A DNA stretch of 24,541 nucleotides from Fonticula alba ATCC 38817 (taxonomy: Eukaryota > Protista > Nucleariida): assembly GCA_000388065.2 (NCBI GenBank), contig KB932203.1; one strand, written 5' to 3'. A program made the position numbers and the translations under genes. The notes beneath the pieces are model-generated. The model ran no database searches and was not told the DNA's origin. It saw only the letters and a program-made list of their open reading frames with translations. Positions 21,748 to 24,541 of this stretch are shown piece by piece (position 1 is the stretch's first letter; each line of letters starts with the position of its first letter).

Positions 21748-22449
21748 GAGATCCCCCGGTCGCGTGATCTCCCACTCGGCTGCTGATCCCAGGTCCCGCT
21801 CGATGATTGGCTTGGTCAGGCATTTTCCCCCCCCCCCCCCGCCTCCCGCCTCCCCTTGTTGAGCCATGTTGCTTCCTTGCAGCAGGGACCAACACATACA
21901 GGGCTTTCCCCGCTGGCACTGGCTCCGGTGCCCAGGAAGACAGGGCCCGAGCGGGCATGGACCGAGCTGCCTCTCGTCCTCACTCGGGGCCCGGAAAGAG
22001 GCTGGATAATCGGCGTGTCTGTTCGTTGGTATCTGTTGTGCCGCCATCCTCGCGCGCCAAAAAACCCCTCGATGCGCGTCCCCACTGCCTCCGGTGCCCC
22101 GCGGAACGGCACCTCTCCTTCCCTGCCGACCCGTCCGAGGCGTGTTCCCTCCGGCGAGGGAGGGGGCGGGGGACATCCCCGGGCGGAGGCCGGACGCCAG
22201 CCGCATTGCCAACGGTCCCCGGGGACTGACCGTTCCTCTGTCCCCCCGCCCCCGCCTGTCCCTGGCGCGCTTCCCGCCCCTCTGGCCGGGAGACGGAGAT
22301 CATCAAAAAGGTCCTGGCGCCCGCCAAGCTCGTCCTCCTCTGTGCGGCTCCCGTTGGAAGGTGGATCCGTGCGAAAAAGAGCCCGCGGGCAGGGCTGTGA
22401 AACTATACTCGCCCACCGGCGCCCGATTAAAGCTGCCAACGCGCCGGCT

Positions 22450-22494
22450 TGCGCGCGCGCGCGCGCGCGCGCACGCATGCATGTACGCACGCGC
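22450..22494. repeat. (GC)10 plus mixed alternating purine-pyrimidine tract
   Basis: tgcgcgcgcgcgcgcgcgcgcgcacgcatgcatgtacgcacgcgc. Confidence 0.9.
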
Positions 22495-22864
22495 TGGAGA
22501 GGGATGCCCGGGCGCCAGCGGGGGGTGGGGTGGGGGGGGGTCCGGAGCGTTGTCCTCCCTCGCCCCGCCCCCCTCCGGCGCATATCGGGGCGGGGGCCCA
22601 GCCGGACAGGAGAGGTCCTTGCGGGGGGGGGGGGGGGGGGGGGAGCAGCATGGGGGCGCGCCGCACGTGTGTGTGCGCCCGGGGTGCGAGGGGTGGCGCG
22701 CGGCGGGCACAGGCGGGGGGAGGGCAGCCACCCAGCGCCATGGGAGGGGGGGGGGGGGACCGAGTGGCGGGAAGAGCGACTGCCGGGAGCAGCTGTACCT
22801 ACAAACGTTCTTTGCGTGAAAGTCAACGTGCTGCCGGGTCCCGGCAGCCGTTCGAACGCAGGAA

Positions 22865-22954
22865 ACGGTGCCGGCCGCCGCTCGCGCTTCGGTCGGCGTT
22901 CCGGNNNNNNNNNNACGGTGCCGGCCGCCGCTCGCGCTTCGGTCGGCGTTCCGG
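22865..22954. repeat. 40-bp exact direct duplication either side of a 10-N gap (likely assembly overlap)
   Basis: ACGGTGCCGGCCGCCGCTCGCGCTTCGGTCGGCGTTCCGG at 22865-22904 and 22915-22954, separated only by Ns. Confidence 0.85.
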
Positions 22955-24506
22955 CTCCCTGGGAGGATGTACCTCCGGGGCGGGGGGGGGGGGGGGGGGG
23001 GCAGAAGACATCTCCGCTTGAACATGGTCTCTAGTGCGCAACCGAGTGGTCAGATCCTCTTGCCCCCCTTCCCGGGGAGGTGCGCGGGCGGGCGGGGCAG
23101 GCTGGCGTGCCCGTCTGGGCTGACCGCCTTTCGTTGGGCCCCGCCACCTTTGCCCCGATCTCCCATCGTGCCTGTGTCTCAATGCCCACCCAAAGCACAC
23201 ATACCGGAGGGCGCGGGGGGGGGGGCGTACCTGGGAGACCCACCCAAAGGCCCTGCGGGCCGGGGGCTGCCAGCTGCGGCAGCAACCCACCACCTGCGCC
23301 TCGCGGGAACTCGGGACGATCGGTCTGGCGACCTTGTTTGATAGCTAGGCCCCCCGCCCCCCCGCCCTCAACCTCGACAGTGGAGTCCCAGCGCGTGGGG
23401 CTTGCCCAGTCCCGGGGCCTGCCCAAACATGATGTGTTTCTCTCTCCCTCTCCCTCCACGCCTCGGCGGGCCATTGAGAGAGAGGGACCTCGGACCCGGG
23501 AGAGGGAGCGTCGGGTGGGAAGCCCGCACAGCCGGAGGGCCCCCCGGGCGGCGATGCATTTCTCCTGGGCCCCCTTCGCTCCGGGTGTTCATGCCAGCCG
23601 TCCGGCGCGTGGCTGGGACCCGCCTTTCGCCAGGGGGGGGGGGGGGGGCGCGGACGGGGCAGGGAGCCGGTCGCCAATCGCATTGCCCTGCTCTCCTGGG
23701 CCCCGCGCCTCGGCCGCCACTTCGTCGCTTGGTTTTCCTCGCCCTTCGCTTTTTCTCACTCGTCCTCTCTCTCCCTCGGCATGTCTCTCGCGCACGGGGC
23801 TGGGCTGGATATTCTTCCGATATCCGGGCGGCTTGATTGGCACCTTACATGCGACGCTGGCCCCCCGGAGGCGAGAGGAGGGGCCACCCGGCGGCAGGCC
23901 GTTTCTGCAGCCCCCTTTCCTTGCGGACCGGCGTCACACCCCCGGGCATGGGCCTGCCTTTTTGCATATCCCCCGCCGGAGCTCTGTCAGCCGGAGAAGC
24001 CTGCTTGGGCGCGTTTGTGTGCGCGCGCGCGCGCGCGCTCGCTCGCGCGTGGAGCAGCAGCGGGGGGGGGTGGGGGGGGGTGGGCAGGGAACGGGCCCAA
24101 GGTGGGCTGCTTGGCCTGCCTTTGTGCCCCCCTCGCCCCGGGCGGCGACCGGGCCCGGTGGACGACCGTCCCTGGCGGGGGGCACTTTTTTCGGTGGCCC
24201 ACCGGCAGCCTTGCCTGGGGAGGGCCCCTCCACCGCCCCGCATCAGGCCTGATTTGCGGCTTGCCTCTCTTCCTTCCCCCCCCTCCTCCCCCCTCCCCAT
24301 CCTTTCGCCCTCTCCTGCCTTCACGTTGTTGAGGTGCCCTTCGCCTGTCCTATTGTCTAGGCGGCGGCCCCCCTTCCCCCCCCCCCTCCCCTCCACCCCC
24401 TACCCCACCCTCGTCCCCTTCCCCACCTCCTCCTTGCTATTGCTCCTCGCCTTTGGCAAGTCCCCCTCCCGTGCGTTTCCTTTCCTCCCCCTCCCCCGCC
24501 CCCCTC

Positions 24507-24541
24507 ATGTGCACAGCCAGTCTCATGAGCACCCGGCCACC
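24507..24541 (+). CDS. Possible start of a downstream + strand gene truncated by the window edge (MCTASLMSTRP...)
   Basis: In-frame ATGs at 24507 and 24525 follow a pyrimidine-rich leader (24260-24505) like those preceding the other genes; only 11 codons are visible. Confidence 0.2.
   Translation, partial: MCTASLMSTRP

Noticed and set aside
22805-22829. GCGTGAAAGTC hairpin with 2-nt bulge resembles group II intron domain V
   Set aside because: No AGC/CGC catalytic triad, no GNRA tetraloop in register and no domain VI or GUGCG start.
22865-22954. 40-bp direct repeat with a short spacer (CRISPR-like or tandem repeat)
   Set aside because: There are only two copies, separated solely by a 10-N scaffold gap; this is typical of unmerged overlapping contig ends.
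23026-23060. GGTCTCTAGTGCGCAACCGAGTGGTCAG looks like a tRNA 5' end with a D-loop
   Set aside because: No anticodon arm, no TPsiC (GGTTCG) arm and no acceptor-stem partner downstream.
17086-24396. Many long ORFs upstream of the RRM gene, including those spanning N gaps
   Set aside because: They are inflated by Ns and low-complexity DNA; none has a recognisable domain. The short host-like frame IIKKVLAPAKLVLL near 22298-22409 lacks a convincing acceptor and start.

Overview
Eukaryotic genomic DNA from a gapped draft assembly (five N gaps). It is GC-rich, with many poly-G/poly-C runs and GA/CA microsatellites. The style suggests a GC-rich protist, possibly Fonticula-like; this is an unverified inference. 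Three spliced genes can be reconstructed with phase-consistent GT-AG introns: (1) a + strand SLC10A7/RCH1-like sodium:bile-acid-symporter-family membrane protein (519-3133, 4 exons, about 569 aa); (2) a - strand NAD(P)-binding extended SDR/epimerase-dehydratase-like protein lacking the catalytic YxxxK Tyr (6648-5025, 4 exons, 366 aa); (3) a - strand protein of about 1645 aa with one RRM inside extreme low-complexity sequence (17087-11350, 4 exons). Most other long ORFs in the track are GC or antisense artefacts. The most notable non-coding object is a 593-bp lower-GC insert (21155-21747) with TGTAG...CTACA ends and a perfect 5-bp GAGAT target-site duplication, i.e. a solo-LTR signature. It is unusually dense in RNA-like helices favouring the + strand and sits inside one arm of a flanking hairpin. 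Also notable: 7 of 9 coding-region introns use GTGCGT donors, while two candidate 5'-UTR introns use GTAAG. I found no rRNA, tRNA, CRISPR array or transposase ORF.
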